A stretch of DNA of 64,000 nt, from positions 1-64,000 of the IMG/VR virus record IMGVR_UViG_3300042302_000394. One strand, written 5' to 3'. The notes beneath the pieces were generated by a model. It worked only from the letters and a program-made list of their open reading frames with translations, searched no databases and had not been told where the DNA came from. The position numbers and the translations under genes are program-made. Below are positions 12,001 to 21,797 of the stretch, piece after piece. Positions within the stretch are counted from its first letter, which is position 1; each line of letters opens with the position of its first letter.

Positions 12001-12648
12001 GAAGTTAGCACTCAGTGGAAGAGACAATGAATTAGTTACTGTACCTAATAGAACAATACTGACACCTTGATCTCCAGTTAGACCTCTAGGACCGGGATCG
12101 CCCTGTGGACCAGTTGGACCAACAGCACCCGGATCTCCACTTGCGCCTGCTGGGCCAGCAGGCCCACTAATACCTGTATTACCTTGTGGACCAGTTGGTC
12201 CTACAGCCCCGTTTTCACCCGCAACGCCTTGGGGCCCTTGAACGCCTTGTGGACCTGTGGGGCCTGTTACTCCTGCATTTCCTTGAGCACCCGAAGGTCC
12301 AGATGGTCCAACATCGCCTTGAATGCCCTGAGGGCCTGTTGCTCCTGCATTTCCTTGAGCACCCGAAGGTCCAGTTGGCCCCACTGCACCTGCATTTCCT
12401 TGTGGACCAGTTGCACCCGAAGGTCCTTGTGGACCAGTACTACCGTTTACACCTGAAGGGCCAGTTAGTCCTACATTTCCTTGTGGACCAGTTGCACCCG
12501 AAGGCCCAGTTGGTCCAGAAACGCCGCCACCTATTCCGCCTGCATAAATTTCGTCGAAGTTAGCATTTACTTTGACAAATGCAGAACGAATGCTTTCACC
12601 ATCACCTGCTAGTTCTCCCGAACCTATACTAATTGTCTGTTTTGTCAT
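6028..12648 (-). CDS. 2206-aa fibre/baseplate protein: gp9/gp10-like N-terminus, collagen repeats, two beta-propeller regions, repeated WTFGxDG modules
   Basis: [30 protein letters not shown]; G-X-Y runs; repeated D-x-x-GNxY and KYxxxGxxxW blades. Confidence 0.75.
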   Translation of the reverse strand: MTKQTISIGSGELAGDGESIRSAFVKVNANFDEIYAGGIGGGVSGPTGPSGATGPQGNVGLTGPSGVNGSTGPQGPSGATGPQGNAGAVGPTGPSGAQGNAGATGPQGIQGDVGPSGPSGAQGNAGVTGPTGPQGVQGPQGVAGENGAVGPTGPQGNTGISGPAGPAGASGDPGAVGPTGPQGDPGPRGLTGDQGVSIVLLGTVTNSLSLPLSANFGEGYIAVDTGRVWFWGTNTAWNDVGQIVGPQGDIGDPGPAGATGDPGSVGPTGPQGDPGPTGPQGERAQEDRLTTGSYSVILGTDGTITLTTSSNALYTTTNALIKSIADIQISAGDDVGSNWTFGGNGTLTAPGDIVLPYGTIGSGTLDGIKLTTDRGTVLFGNTPECVPTVASHFHIMRDDPTTVDLFFGDDLNYVKLPYDSTLTNVGVQIGTDVTNLWSFGKDGALTAPGHILPDADLEYDLGSTSSQWRSIYVGTGTIYIGGVALGVNQDNYVTVDGNPLITVNTTGNLTVQGDTNIVLGAVIISDTAPAATTPGSQWFDTVEGRTYVATGGVWLDASPTQIPSPETYLDGLAIDGTVISTANVDSDAIVIDGGDNTKLSVSNNSVTIQVPSSGVIRPYWAAEFGGITTAVTTSSYTIGTGAFYDSVGNVYVLGGVLFGDGGLNDVDSLLLKYDTNGNLLWSRTWHDNSGANCGAVNQAFAIDSNDRIYWLATAVVSGFGCWSGYMDTDGNLGLGGIAQGSLGFVDGYVSAVDIACDNSGNYYLAGSYYDNISYSTTPVVIKIDGDSGTPIWTGNIIPEDFEDLPVDGQYRAVTVNPATGDVWAIGDYYDGGLRAMLSKWDINGIHQWTKELVTTTGDLAAAVIYNGGYVYTIVNDDPDQKAVVSKFDTDGDLIWASYLATGELDPITDGGPGSYSTGAYDLSFDASGNVYVTGTIPGPPVGQPQLWITKLNPANGEMLYSRILITDAGVVIIDQGADGGGSSGHRVGDIYQDKIAVTAVTSSDIDDSTGTNETRVLVAQLPIDGSVTGTFGNITIADLTSDIDSISSTGTYTVTTLTWSTGTSTAILSTSSLSVSYVTDIVGLTGETLALGSVSGSSTVTNTWTFVNNNIILPPGGDILDSNGVSVLGGGSAASNVWVQTFESATPLLDTPLIALSVEYDSVGNVIALFYHGEDSGGSFYSVGKYTTSGTRIWTTRFSTGYETDGWGLAVDPTNGFIYVAGKTNTDGGQEKSTLTKIASGGGSVEWSKTYAFGESINSNSQVVDVASDGNPVMVGYTFDNLGGGYVTTTKVDAEDGSIIWSKKLDGQDDEEAYGMAVGPTGEVVAVGYMDQLGGEGDTDNHMLVVKYLSDGTIDWQRAILFDEGYDSTGADADIDSEGNVYVCGQYEVDNAGPGICMNLVKFNSAGVKQWSRRVEGDCGAIATSIVVGADDKLYLSGSLFTTTVPNPGPDDPIDISCVVAKYNLDGTVVWQRLLDNIDTLSVSGSDFLAGQGGGSNLAVKQDYVALAGGFGSFEGPSDFHALIAQLPATGDPFAVGAWDFRASNLTGTLDTSASDITVVNADKTDTDNTSNITVATVTPIVDSSAFLIGTLYTGDSTTALGDRLVNNDAEFILESDGTLTLNDGATISSGMGAFRIEPAGASSATQALLIYPTVVDGNHIHLTAGFGGETDLYLGNDDQFVKIDHGGDIVVGTYSTVTNSTWTFGTDGELEFPQGSTISETNTTTIISPPGASAGQSLVIRPTGSTSTTETNHIHLISGNPTTVDLFLGDDDQYVKIEKNGGNIVVQTYSTATTSTWVFGTDGVLTLSTASTILGNNSDPNVYIETASTSTAINTWTFAADGGLTLPNGATIVDTTSTLVLTPNSPGQATSLVLRSTYNSYMTADYPTDQGYQQYLHELDPVTYPDPYVSTGTEGTVISITLWDASGLQYVQGDVEYIITGTGITAADFTPAVLTGTFAAANWTLDGGGFNYTNTNMLMIANDAIVEGEETFTVTIVTTGTYAPGAGSNYLRVNIVDGTTEGSESGHIHLISENMAQTSIFLGNDDKYVKVAADDQIYIKVPNVDTSATSQLWTFAGDGSLTLPDGGDIKNSSGTSVLTVVTGQETYEFDGVNTTLTITNVTFNLLFCTVVGGYSGSDGHTVVLPPGTAGQRLVIVNISSNCTLTVDGAIDGAVNVAPEGTAELIYLVGDGVTSWWPLYGTTLVT
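11806..12516 (-). repeat. Collagen-like (Gly-X-Y)n coding repeats ([12 protein letters not shown]), interrupted once
   Basis: Triplet periodicity visible in DNA and protein. Confidence 0.9.
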
Positions 12649-12657
12649 TGCAAGTCC

Positions 12658-13092
12658 TTAATGATTAATTCTAATATTGTTTACAGTACCATCAGTCCAA
12701 TCACTTACTCTGGCTCTAATCCAGACATAGTTTCCGGTAAAATTATAACTCTTTATATTAGTAGTTGCAGTAGTGTATTCGACGCTTGAAATGTTTTCTT
12801 CGCTAATCAGTCCTGTTGTATCAATAGACATGTTGTTTGTGCCTAGCTCAACAGAAAACCAGTCAGTGGACTGCGGTGAGGACGCAAGCGACCCCTGCAT
12901 CTCTATCTTTCCGATAAACTCGTTTATATTGATTTGGACAGTGTGAAAACCGTCGCTACCCCCGAAGTAACCGTCACCTTTTATAGGATCGCTGGCATAA
13001 ATTAGGGCAGTTGTACCTGTATTAGGATAATCTAATACTACTGTACTGGATGAATTGACGTTGAACGTTAAACTTTGGCTTAGTGATGGCAT
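12658..13092 (-). CDS. Putative virion structural protein
   Basis: GDGYFGGSDGFHT...FTGNYVWIRA beta-rich protein; TAAATA 8 nt upstream. Confidence 0.55.
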   Translation of the reverse strand: MPSLSQSLTFNVNSSSTVVLDYPNTGTTALIYASDPIKGDGYFGGSDGFHTVQININEFIGKIEMQGSLASSPQSTDWFSVELGTNNMSIDTTGLISEENISSVEYTTATTNIKSYNFTGNYVWIRARVSDWTDGTVNNIRINH

Positions 13093-13126
13093 AGTAACAA
13101 TATTTATGCTACTATACCACTTTCAC

Positions 13127-13816
13127 TTATACGGAAAAAGCAGTCTCTCTAAGGATAAACTCTTCAACTTTTTTGATGTATCCGCTCAAATATATGCCTA
13201 CCATGCTGAGCATTTTGTCGTCTTCTACGTACATAAAGGGATCTTGTGCGTAGTGTCTAGTGCTTACAAGCCATCGTCTACTGGTTTCGCTAATGTCTAG
13301 CTTGTCTCCGTACTTATCTGCCCAGGTTACAAATGTAGCTCGCTTGTCTGCAGGGAATCTTGATTTAAAATATACCCTGTATTTGTACTTTTCTTTGGGA
13401 AATACGTCTCGCAGTATCTTTTTATGACCATTACTAAGCATGAATTCTAGTTCTTGGTCCGTAGTCGGCCCGCTTATCTTTCTAATCCACTTGTTTAGAT
13501 CTTTATCTATTGTTTCTAATATAGATTTGTCTGTGCAAAATAGATTAAAATGCGACCCTTCTACTCGAATTTTTACATCGGGGTTGTCAATGAACGGTGC
13601 TACTAAGTTAGTAAACTCTAAGTAATCTGCTTTGTTGATTTGCAAAGCAGACAGCCTATCAACGTGCATACCTTTACCAGTAGCACACCACTCTCGAACA
13701 ATATCGACTCCGCTGTGAACAATTCTAGAGGCTCCTACTTGTCTACATTCGACTTTGTAGGGCCACTTGTTATAGAACAGTTTACTGGAGTTCAGTTTCT
13801 GTATCTGTGTTTTCAT
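13127..13816 (-). CDS. Hypothetical protein (likely start MKTQIQK at 13816)
   Basis: ORF overlapping the clpA 3' end. Confidence 0.6.
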   Translation of the reverse strand: MKTQIQKLNSSKLFYNKWPYKVECRQVGASRIVHSGVDIVREWCATGKGMHVDRLSALQINKADYLEFTNLVAPFIDNPDVKIRVEGSHFNLFCTDKSILETIDKDLNKWIRKISGPTTDQELEFMLSNGHKKILRDVFPKEKYKYRVYFKSRFPADKRATFVTWADKYGDKLDISETSRRWLVSTRHYAQDPFMYVEDDKMLSMVGIYLSGYIKKVEEFILRETAFSV

Positions 13817-16073
13817 CTGGAATCTTTGATTTAATGACTGGCATAACATCAACAATGTTAAGTTTTAGTTGTTCGTCTACTACATTAACTTCAACTACTC
13901 CGCCGTTTGTTAATTTACCAAAAAGAATTTCACGACTCATAGGTTTCTTAATGAATTCGTCAATAGTTCTTTGCAAAGGACGAGCACCCATTTTACTATT
14001 AAATCCTTTGGCAATTAAAAATTCAACTGCTTCGGCATTGGGTTTAACATGAATATTTTTGTCTTTAACTAATGCATTGAGCTCGTCAATAAATTTCTTA
14101 ACAACTTTGATCATTGTAACATGGTCTAACTTACCAAACTTAACAATACCATCTAAACGATTGCGGAATTCAGGCGCAAAGAATTTGTTAACAGCATCTT
14201 TAGGATCACTATCACGCTCTAGACTACCAAAGCCTACTGAATTCTTTTCAGCATCTGCGGAACCTAAGTTTGATGTCATAATGATAATAGCATTGCGACC
14301 ATCTGCCTTTTTGCCGTTACTACCGGTAATAAAACCATTGTCCATTAATTGTAGCATAACAGTTAGTACATCCGGGTGAGCCTTTTCGACTTCGTCTAAT
14401 AAAAGAACACAGTTAGGTGTTTCTTGTAAGCATGTAATCAACTGTCCTGCATTTTCATCAAATCCTACGTATCCAGGCGGCGCTCCAATAAATTTAGCAA
14501 CACTATGTTTTTCCTGAAATTCACTCATATCAAATCGTACAAGTTTAATTCCCATACCAGTGGCGAGCTGTTTAGCAGCTTCAGTCTTTCCTACGCCAGT
14601 AGGACCTACAAACAAGAAACTACCGACCGGCTTATTAAATGGTTTTAATCCTGCTTGGGCAATAAAAATCTTATCTAACAGGCTAGTGATAGCATTTTCT
14701 TGACCGAAAACCTTGTTACGTAGGCCTTTTTCCAGACTTGCAAGATTAACACCTTCTTTTGAGCTAACCTGTTCAATTGGAAGATTAGCCAGTCTTGCAA
14801 CTTCAAAAACAATCTCGTCATGATCAACAACTCCGTTTTCTTCGTCCTTAACTTTAAATCGAGCACATGCACAATCAATTAAGTCTAGCGCCTTATCTGG
14901 AAGCTTCTTGTCAGTCATGTACTTAACAGAGTAGGTTACTGCATCAGTAATGGCTTGATTGGTAATCTTAACACCGTGGTGTTTTTCGTAATACTTCTTA
15001 ACACCTTTTAGGATCTTAATAGTAACTGCTTCACTAGGCTCGTCAATAGTAACACGCTGGAATCGACGCATTAGGGCGCGATCTTTTTCAAAGTGCTTGC
15101 GATATTCTTCCCAGGTAGTACTGGCGATAACTTTTAGTGTACCTTTTGTCAGCATAGGCTTGAGCATATTTGCCATGTCGTTACTGTTACCATTTGCAGC
15201 GCCTGCCCCGTTCATCATATGTGCTTCATCGATAAACAGAATACAATTTTTCTTCTTTTCTAACGCACTGATAATAGCTTTAAGACGTTCTTCAAAATCA
15301 CCACGATACTTACTACCGGCAAGCATAGAACTAATGTCCATACTATAAACAGTGTGATCTTGAATAAATGTAGGAACAGTACCTTCAATGATTTTTTTAG
15401 CCAAGCCTTCTGCAATAGCAGTTTTACCTACACCGGGATCACCGATTAAAATAACGTTACTTTTGTTTCTTCGAGCAAGTACTAGTTGAACTTCTTCGAT
15501 TTCTTTTTCACGACCGATAACTGGATCAATTTTCTTTGATTTTGCTTTTGCAGTTAGATTGGTGCAGAACTGACTAATCATCCTTTCAAGTTGGAGATTA
15601 GATCGTGTGCTACCTGCAGAACTCTCCTCATTGTCTTCTTTGCTATATTCTTTTTGGATAAAATTTAGGAATTTATCTTTATCGATATTTGCTTTTTTAA
15701 TAAAGTGCGTGGCATAGCTTTTCTTTTCAGCAAACATGCTGATAAAACAATCAACTGGTTCAATAACATTTCTACCAGTAAACAACACCTGAGTAAACGC
15801 TCGATTTAAAACGCGATCAACTGTATTTGTTTTTTTAGGACGATCGACGCTTGGGTTAACAATTTCCTTTAAATCTTCTGATATATATTTTTCTAAGTCT
15901 GTAATTAAACTTTTAACGTCAGCACCAAAGCTACCGAGGAGTTTTGCAAATTCTTCGTTAGTAACTAGCCCGTGCAAGAAGTGTTCAAGAGTAACATACT
16001 CGTGTTCGTGTTCGTTGGCTAGACTCACGGCTGATTCGAAAATCTGCTCAAGATCTTTATTTGGTTGTAGCAT
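13782..16073 (-). CDS. clpA: ATP-dependent Clp protease ATPase subunit ClpA
   Basis: Clp-N domain (HEYVTLEH), two AAA+ modules (GDPGVGKT, GPTGVGKT), GSKYRG and GYVG pore loops, VGF ClpP-docking loop, no ClpB M-domain. Confidence 0.93.
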   Translation of the reverse strand: MLQPNKDLEQIFESAVSLANEHEHEYVTLEHFLHGLVTNEEFAKLLGSFGADVKSLITDLEKYISEDLKEIVNPSVDRPKKTNTVDRVLNRAFTQVLFTGRNVIEPVDCFISMFAEKKSYATHFIKKANIDKDKFLNFIQKEYSKEDNEESSAGSTRSNLQLERMISQFCTNLTAKAKSKKIDPVIGREKEIEEVQLVLARRNKSNVILIGDPGVGKTAIAEGLAKKIIEGTVPTFIQDHTVYSMDISSMLAGSKYRGDFEERLKAIISALEKKKNCILFIDEAHMMNGAGAANGNSNDMANMLKPMLTKGTLKVIASTTWEEYRKHFEKDRALMRRFQRVTIDEPSEAVTIKILKGVKKYYEKHHGVKITNQAITDAVTYSVKYMTDKKLPDKALDLIDCACARFKVKDEENGVVDHDEIVFEVARLANLPIEQVSSKEGVNLASLEKGLRNKVFGQENAITSLLDKIFIAQAGLKPFNKPVGSFLFVGPTGVGKTEAAKQLATGMGIKLVRFDMSEFQEKHSVAKFIGAPPGYVGFDENAGQLITCLQETPNCVLLLDEVEKAHPDVLTVMLQLMDNGFITGSNGKKADGRNAIIIMTSNLGSADAEKNSVGFGSLERDSDPKDAVNKFFAPEFRNRLDGIVKFGKLDHVTMIKVVKKFIDELNALVKDKNIHVKPNAEAVEFLIAKGFNSKMGARPLQRTIDEFIKKPMSREILFGKLTNGGVVEVNVVDEQLKLNIVDVMPVIKSKIPDENTDTETELQ

Positions 16074-16566
16074 TAATTTTTTCCTTTTTAGCTTTCTTTG
16101 CGGCCATTGTCCATTTTAATGGACTGGTCCTATCTTGATAAGTAATACCTTCTAAATGATCGAACTCATGTAAAAAGCACTTACAGTTGTATCCGTCGAA
16201 CTCACCTTCTTCCCATTCTCCGGAACTGTTTTGCCAACGTGCTTTAATAGCTGTTGGTCTTTTAATTTTAACATAAATTCCAGGGAAACTCAAACATCCT
16301 TCCTCCAAATCTTCTGTTTCATTTGTATTTGCAATGATAATGGGATTAAAAAATGCCATGCCTGCATCTGGACTTTCTCGATGTCCCATAACAAATACTC
16401 TAGCTGTTAGACCTAATTGATTTGCAGCAAGACCTATGCCATCTTGTGCGTACATAAATTCGAGCATCTGCCTTTCGAGTTCTTTTGGATTTAATATCGG
16501 ATTATTAAAATCAAAGTCTGGCATTCTTTCTCTAAGAATTGGGTTTGGAAATTTTACTATGTTCAT
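16057..16566 (-). CDS. def: Peptide deformylase
   Basis: GIGLAANQ, EGCLS and HEFDH motifs. Confidence 0.96.
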   Translation of the reverse strand: MNIVKFPNPILRERMPDFDFNNPILNPKELERQMLEFMYAQDGIGLAANQLGLTARVFVMGHRESPDAGMAFFNPIIIANTNETEDLEEGCLSFPGIYVKIKRPTAIKARWQNSSGEWEEGEFDGYNCKCFLHEFDHLEGITYQDRTSPLKWTMAAKKAKKEKINATTK

Positions 16567-16574
16567 AATAATAT

Positions 16575-17399
16575 TTAAGAAACTATTTGACGTATAAGAT
16601 CTTTTTGTTGATCAGTAAGGTTTGTGGGTGTTTTTAAATTAATAGTTATCAGTAATCTACCCCGCATTCGATTATCTTGCATAAATGGCATACCGTATCC
16701 CTGCACACTCATTATTTGTCCGTGTTGTGTACCCGGGGGAATGTTTATTTCTAATGTTTTATTATCTAATGTAGTAAATTGTTTCAAACACCCAATAATT
16801 GCTTCTAAAGAATTTACATCTAACGTTCTTACTAAATCGTCATTGTTTCGTTGAAAGACTGCATGTGGTATGACATGAATAGTTAAATGAATATCACCTC
16901 TAGGTACACCACTAATACTGTCATCACCCATTTCTGATAGTCTTAGTGTAGTTCCATCCCTAACACCTGCTGGAATTTTTACTTCAAGTAATTGTTCTCT
17001 ACCGGATGGTAGTTGTATATTGGCGATCAATTCTTTTCCACTAAATGCTTCCTCTAGCGTTATTTGAGTTTGAAGATTCATTATCCTGTTGCGAACAGGT
17101 TGCTGTCTACGCTGTCCAAATATATCACCAAATGGGCCGCCCCCAAACCCCCGTAGGATATCTTCAAACCCCGGAGGCATTCCTCCGTACTGTTGAAATC
17201 CACCCTGTGGCTGCGGATTATCATATTGTGCTTTTTTATCTACATCCCCTAACGTGTCGTATGCTACTGATATTTCTTGAAACTTGGCAGTGTCTCCTCC
17301 ACGATCCGGATGGTGTTTGGCTGCAAGTTTACGATATGCTTTCTTGATATCGTCTTGCGATGCCGAACGATCAACGCCTAAAATATTGTAATAATCCAT
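16575..17399 (-). CDS. DnaJ/CbpA-type (class B) co-chaperone
   Basis: J-domain with HPD, G/F linker, C-terminal domain, no Zn finger. Confidence 0.93.
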   Translation of the reverse strand: MDYYNILGVDRSASQDDIKKAYRKLAAKHHPDRGGDTAKFQEISVAYDTLGDVDKKAQYDNPQPQGGFQQYGGMPPGFEDILRGFGGGPFGDIFGQRRQQPVRNRIMNLQTQITLEEAFSGKELIANIQLPSGREQLLEVKIPAGVRDGTTLRLSEMGDDSISGVPRGDIHLTIHVIPHAVFQRNNDDLVRTLDVNSLEAIIGCLKQFTTLDNKTLEINIPPGTQHGQIMSVQGYGMPFMQDNRMRGRLLITINLKTPTNLTDQQKDLIRQIVS

Positions 17400-17406
17400 A
17401 AGTAGA

Positions 17407-17449
17407 AAAAGGTATAGTAAATTATACTATACCTTTTGGGTTGTGTCAA
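17407..17449 (-). promoter_or_regulatory. Consensus sigma70-type promoter for dnaJ whose -10 box lies inside a 13-bp inverted repeat (probable terminator of the lysis operon)
   Basis: TTGACA (17444-49), 17 nt, TATAAT (17421-26); arms 17407-19 and 17425-37, ending in a T-run on the minus strand. Confidence 0.75.
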
Positions 17450-17456
17450 CTGCTAG

Positions 17457-17687
17457 TTATTTCTTTTCCGGAACTGCTGTTCCCTCTACCTTTTTACGAA
17501 CTTTAACCTTTTTGCATTCCTGCACAGGCTTACCGTCTTTGCCGTTAATTACTTTACCGGCTTTGTCTTTTTTCTCTGTGCATACTTCTTTCATTTCCCC
17601 TTTTCCTGGACCTTCTTTGTCGTCGGCAGCATATGCATTACCCATAAGTGCTAGTGCAAGTCCTGCTACAAAAATAATATTTTTCAT
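17457..17687 (-). CDS. Small secreted Lys-rich protein with two Cys
   Basis: Signal peptide ending AYA; C...C pair. Confidence 0.65.
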   Translation of the reverse strand: MKNIIFVAGLALALMGNAYAADDKEGPGKGEMKEVCTEKKDKAGKVINGKDGKPVQECKKVKVRKKVEGTAVPEKK

Positions 17688-17698
17688 TTTAATTTCCT

Positions 17699-18103
17699 TT
17701 AAATTAATGGTTGTGGTTCTTGTGGTACTATTAGTTTACCACTTACGGTTGTTGCATACGGAGATGCACTGGTACTGCCTGTCGAAGGTACGCCAAATGT
17801 TGGAGCCCTGCTTGATAATATGTCGGTTGTTGAGTTGCCATTTATAACTCCTCCTAATTTTTCCTGTCCTCTGCTCCACGCAGTAACTCCTACTATAGCA
17901 CCCATTGCTATATGAAAAAGTCCTGCACCTTGCAGTGTTAACGGTTGCCACTGAGATGTTACACTTCCTTTGTCCATAGCTTGTAACATGCTCCATAAGA
18001 TTGGAAATATAATAAAGTCAGTTATGCATACTATCATATACATCCATCCCATAGCTGGACGCCATTTTGTATTCATCCAGTCTTCTTTGCTACGGGCTGT
18101 CAT
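17699..18103 (-). CDS. Holin-like membrane protein (GTA 3TM-holin-like)
   Basis: KWRPAMGWMY motif, TM helices, SRGQEK; position in lysis cluster. Confidence 0.7.
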   Translation of the reverse strand: MTARSKEDWMNTKWRPAMGWMYMIVCITDFIIFPILWSMLQAMDKGSVTSQWQPLTLQGAGLFHIAMGAIVGVTAWSRGQEKLGGVINGNSTTDILSSRAPTFGVPSTGSTSASPYATTVSGKLIVPQEPQPLI

Positions 18104-18109
18104 AATATA

Positions 18110-18646
18110 TTATAGTTCAGGTTGTGGTTCTTCTGGAACAATACGTTTACCACTTGCAGTCATTGCAAATGTTTGACTATTTCCTTGTTGACCAAATCCG
18201 CCAAAACCTACGGGGACATTATTTCCAAAACTACTAGTCGGTGTTGCTCCGAATGCTGGCCCTGAACCGAATCCACCGTTGTTTGTTGAAGAAATAGTAG
18301 AAGAACCTAATGGTCCACTAATTGTTGTCGATGAAGTTTTTGGTCCTCTATCCCATCCGGAATTTGCCGCCTTCAATGCTTCTTTCTGTGCTTCCTTGTC
18401 ACCGGGACTTGCCAACATGATACCACTTAGTGTACCTGTTAAGAATGTAGCAATAGGAATGATTAATTCAAAGAACTTTTGATCAATTGGGCTAATAGCG
18501 TTAAGTGGTTGTGTGACAAAAATTAACGAATATAACACTACGAATACAATTCCAAATAATGTCAATGACAAGCAAATGCCGATGAAAAATTTCAATCGAG
18601 CCATTAACTGCTCTTCGGTATAAATGTGTTCTGTTTTATTTTCCAC
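18110..18646 (-). CDS. Two-TM membrane protein of the lysis cluster (likely GTG start 18646)
   Basis: Two hydrophobic helices, Gly/Ser/Phe-rich tail; GGAG SD at 18653-56. Confidence 0.65.
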   Translation of the reverse strand: MENKTEHIYTEEQLMARLKFFIGICLSLTLFGIVFVVLYSLIFVTQPLNAISPIDQKFFELIIPIATFLTGTLSGIMLASPGDKEAQKEALKAANSGWDRGPKTSSTTISGPLGSSTISSTNNGGFGSGPAFGATPTSSFGNNVPVGFGGFGQQGNSQTFAMTASGKRIVPEEPQPEL

Positions 18647-18926
18647 AGTTTGCTCCTTGTGTGTTAGGCGCTCCTGCAACTGGAGCAGAAATTGTTTTAG
18701 TCGGTTCATCTTTTGGTGGTCCTAATCTTGGGTCTCGTTGCCCTTTAAAAATGTGTTCGGGACAGGTACGAGTTACATCACAGGTGGGTAACTTGCATAT
18801 TTGTTTATCCCAGTTATCTGGATTTTGGCAAGGATAACGAAAACTGTCACCATTGCTAAAATATGCTAACGCAAGCGGTGCTAATAGTAATACAAACACC
18901 CACTTGAGTAATTTTTTATCTTCCAT
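18636..18926 (-). CDS. Exported Cys-rich protein of the lysis cluster
   Basis: Signal/anchor followed by FRYPCQNPDNW...C...C...C. Confidence 0.6.
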   Translation of the reverse strand: MEDKKLLKWVFVLLLAPLALAYFSNGDSFRYPCQNPDNWDKQICKLPTCDVTRTCPEHIFKGQRDPRLGPPKDEPTKTISAPVAGAPNTQGANCGK

Positions 18927-18948
18927 TACTCGGCTCCTTTATATACCA

Positions 18949-19221
18949 TTATTTAACGCTTTCAAAGATTTTTCTTTGGGTGTTATACCACTCATTCCAG
19001 CCATCTACTTTATTAGCACACTCGTAATATAATCCGTAGTTCTTAACCACAGTTTTAAGCAAGTCAGTGATAGCTACTTCTTTGCCAGTATTATCTACTG
19101 TAGATAATTCTGGGCATTTTTCTTGTAGAGCAGGAACAGCATCTGGAAAGTTTCTTTTAACTGGAGTAGGTGCCGCACATCCTACCAATAATACAGCAAG
19201 TCCTAAAATAATTATTTTCAT
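18949..19221 (-). CDS. Outer-membrane spanin (Rz1-like lipoprotein)
   Basis: Lipobox LLVGC, Pro-rich segment, further Cys; overlaps the i-spanin gene end. Confidence 0.75.
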   Translation of the reverse strand: MKIIILGLAVLLVGCAAPTPVKRNFPDAVPALQEKCPELSTVDNTGKEVAITDLLKTVVKNYGLYYECANKVDGWNEWYNTQRKIFESVK

Positions 19222-19751
19222 TTCTTAGGCTCTCCTGCTGCTTTGTTTAGTTTTGCCGCGGCATCATGTATATCGATTAATTCTTTAGGAACTGGGCAAT
19301 TTTCAATATACTTTATAACTTCTTCTACGCGAACTCTTTCGGGACCCTGTACTTCTTTGATAATTTCTTTAGTTTCTAATTTATCAATATACTTTGTTAT
19401 ATACTCTGTCTTGCCCTTAATATACTCTTTTTGTTTTACAATTTTTTCTTGTACAACAACATTTTCTTTCTTAGACTCAACTTCGGCCGCAGCAACTTTA
19501 GTTTCTAACTCTTTAACTCGATCACGCCACATCATTTCTGTAGTGTAGCCGCCTTTAAAATAAATTCCCGCAGTTAACAATACAGCACTGACTATTTGAA
19601 ATGCTAATGCGTATTTTGACAGTCCGGGAATTTTGTTTAAAATTTTGTGCAGTACAAAAAACGCCAGGATGAAACTAATAACCCCTACAATCAATATTAT
19701 ATTGACAATGTACATCAACAGGGTGTCAGGGAGGAATGATAGTAACCACAT
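19218..19751 (-). CDS. Inner-membrane spanin (Rz-like)
   Basis: N-terminal TM helices, coiled coil, C-terminal Cys; lies between endolysin and lipoprotein. Confidence 0.7.
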   Translation of the reverse strand: MWLLSFLPDTLLMYIVNIILIVGVISFILAFFVLHKILNKIPGLSKYALAFQIVSAVLLTAGIYFKGGYTTEMMWRDRVKELETKVAAAEVESKKENVVVQEKIVKQKEYIKGKTEYITKYIDKLETKEIIKEVQGPERVRVEEVIKYIENCPVPKELIDIHDAAAKLNKAAGEPKK

Positions 19752-19752
19752 A

Positions 19753-20388
19753 TTAATGGCCTAGAACGTGAAGTGCGTGATTGTAATGTTTGATACGATC
19801 TTCTAAACCAATTGTACCACCGTTGATACGCTTAGTCAATGTTAGAATGTCGCCTTTGTCTGCCCACTGATTTAAGTTGTTGGCTTCCCAGAACCAGGCA
19901 GCACTTTGCACACAACCTTCGAATGTTGTTAGATGTTCGCCAGCTTCTTCAACTGAGATTTCTAAACTTTGTGCATATCGTGTATAGTTGTCCTTGCCAG
20001 TTAGCTGAATTAGACCACGACCGCAATAACGAAAACCGTCGCCTGACTCTTCTGGACCATTGCCCATACGTCCACCGTAGACCTTATTGGCAATCATTTC
20101 TGGCTTGCCTGCATATTGAGCAGCAATGGCATCGTCGGAGAAATATTTAGGAAAAATCTTGCGTAGTGTCACAGCACGATAGTTTAAGTTTTCTTTGATT
20201 GCTCTATAGCCACCTGACTCGTGTGCAGTCTGTGCTAGGAATGCAGCAACACGTGGCGCTGTTTCAATATCATAATCTGGAAGAATTTGAGATATTGCTT
20301 CGTACCACTGCTCTGCATACGGAGGATTTCCGCCTACACACTCTTTAAACTTTGCCAATGTAAATTCAAATTTAAATCCGTTACTCAT
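19753..20388 (-). CDS. Glycoside hydrolase family 19 endolysin
   Basis: FLAQTAHESGG, ENLNY, GRGLIQLTGKDNY, TKRINGG motifs. Confidence 0.93.
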   Translation of the reverse strand: MSNGFKFEFTLAKFKECVGGNPPYAEQWYEAISQILPDYDIETAPRVAAFLAQTAHESGGYRAIKENLNYRAVTLRKIFPKYFSDDAIAAQYAGKPEMIANKVYGGRMGNGPEESGDGFRYCGRGLIQLTGKDNYTRYAQSLEISVEEAGEHLTTFEGCVQSAAWFWEANNLNQWADKGDILTLTKRINGGTIGLEDRIKHYNHALHVLGH

Positions 20389-20407
20389 TTTTTATCCTTT
20401 TTAAATT

Positions 20408-21157
20408 TTACCAACTGTTTTTTTCTATAACAACAGCCTTGTCGCCGTTCCTTATTAAAAATTTGTTATCTATCTTATTAATTTCGTAGCTGCCCATGTA
20501 CTTGGCCAAAAAGAACATTTGACTTTGACTAGCTTCATCTAGACTTAATTTGCCTGGGACAGTATGCTTTACATCTTCATAATCACCGATTGCAATAAAC
20601 TTGGCTTGTATATCACCGGCATAGGGACGTTTGAAAGTTAGCATATTGTTTTCATCTAATGTAACATCCATTGCACCTTGATCAAAGAATTCCTGTACAT
20701 CGTTTTCTTTGATTGCTACTATTTTACTTTGATATGCTTCGGACGTCATGGGGATATGTGTTTTTACAGAGTCTTCGTTAAACTCTACACTGGTAGATTC
20801 TTTCTGATAACGGAATCTCCATTCGTTGAATCTGCATAAATGTCCAATTCCACCTAATAATTCTTGTAATTGATTTTTTAGTTGGGGAGTTCTTTCAATT
20901 TCAACGAACACTTGATATTGTCCGTCGTTCTCTTCTCCTGCACTCATGTCGGCATCTAGAATAAAGTCGTAACCTTTTTCAATAAATTCCATTAGATCAA
21001 TTGCGGGATGTTTTTCTCTAACACGGAAACTTAGTACAACGATATCAGTATCCTCTCCCATTTTGCTGCTGTATCTGTCAACGGTAAATGTCTCTGATAC
21101 GTAGTTTTCTAAATCACCGTAACGGAGACCTTCGTTTAAATTATGCTGTTTGGTCAT
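20408..21157 (-). CDS. Hypothetical phage protein (likely start MTKQH at 21157)
   Basis: Long ORF coupled to the upstream gene; LNEGL N-terminal motif. Confidence 0.6.
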   Translation of the reverse strand: MTKQHNLNEGLRYGDLENYVSETFTVDRYSSKMGEDTDIVVLSFRVREKHPAIDLMEFIEKGYDFILDADMSAGEENDGQYQVFVEIERTPQLKNQLQELLGGIGHLCRFNEWRFRYQKESTSVEFNEDSVKTHIPMTSEAYQSKIVAIKENDVQEFFDQGAMDVTLDENNMLTFKRPYAGDIQAKFIAIGDYEDVKHTVPGKLSLDEASQSQMFFLAKYMGSYEINKIDNKFLIRNGDKAVVIEKNSW

Positions 21158-21671
21158 TTGGTGCAACCTCCTCGGGTGTTTCTTGTGCGACTGAATCAAC
21201 GCTAACTTCTTGATTGCTGTATTTCATTAGCTCTGCCATTCTATTATTTTCTTTATTTTCCTTGCCTATGTAGATATCTTGCATTAATTTTTTAGGCATT
21301 GTAATTTCCACAGTCCAAATAGGATGTGCATCAATCTTACCCTTCTTTGTGCCCGGGCGGTAGTCGCCAGGATCTTTAATCTTTCTGGGCAATAGCACTT
21401 CTTCTTTGGCAAATACAACTTGACATCCGTAATCCACTAAACGCTTTCCGCCTTTAGGATCTGGCATATCTGCCCTGGGCCACATGAACTTACAGGTAAC
21501 ATCGTAACGATTTACGTCAGGCCCTTTAATAAGTTCTCCGTCTTCCCAGTTTGTAAAAACATAGATATCTAACTCATCAAGTACTCTCTCAAAGTCTTTT
21601 AGTACTTTAAATGCTGAGTTATTCTCGCTGAGTGTTTGTAAGTTTTTGATAACGTCTATAATGTCGTGCAT
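21141..21671 (-). CDS. Hypothetical late protein
   Basis: 176-aa ORF; TAAATA at 21691-96. Confidence 0.6.
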   Translation of the reverse strand: MHDIIDVIKNLQTLSENNSAFKVLKDFERVLDELDIYVFTNWEDGELIKGPDVNRYDVTCKFMWPRADMPDPKGGKRLVDYGCQVVFAKEEVLLPRKIKDPGDYRPGTKKGKIDAHPIWTVEITMPKKLMQDIYIGKENKENNRMAELMKYSNQEVSVDSVAQETPEEVAPNDQTA

Positions 21672-21797
21672 TGCGGTTCTCTCTATTGAATATTTAGCTA
21701 AACGATACCTGGGACTCGTTTTTGGCCTATTATGTCGGAGATTTTAAGTTTGATCTTAAATACTTTGCAGGTTGATCAACATGATCAGGAGGTAAAA

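Noticed and set aside
17407-17437. Inverted repeat before dnaJ as a CIRCE/HrcA operator
   Set aside because: Does not match TTAGCACTC-N9-GAGTGCTAA; better explained as a terminator overlapping the -10 box.
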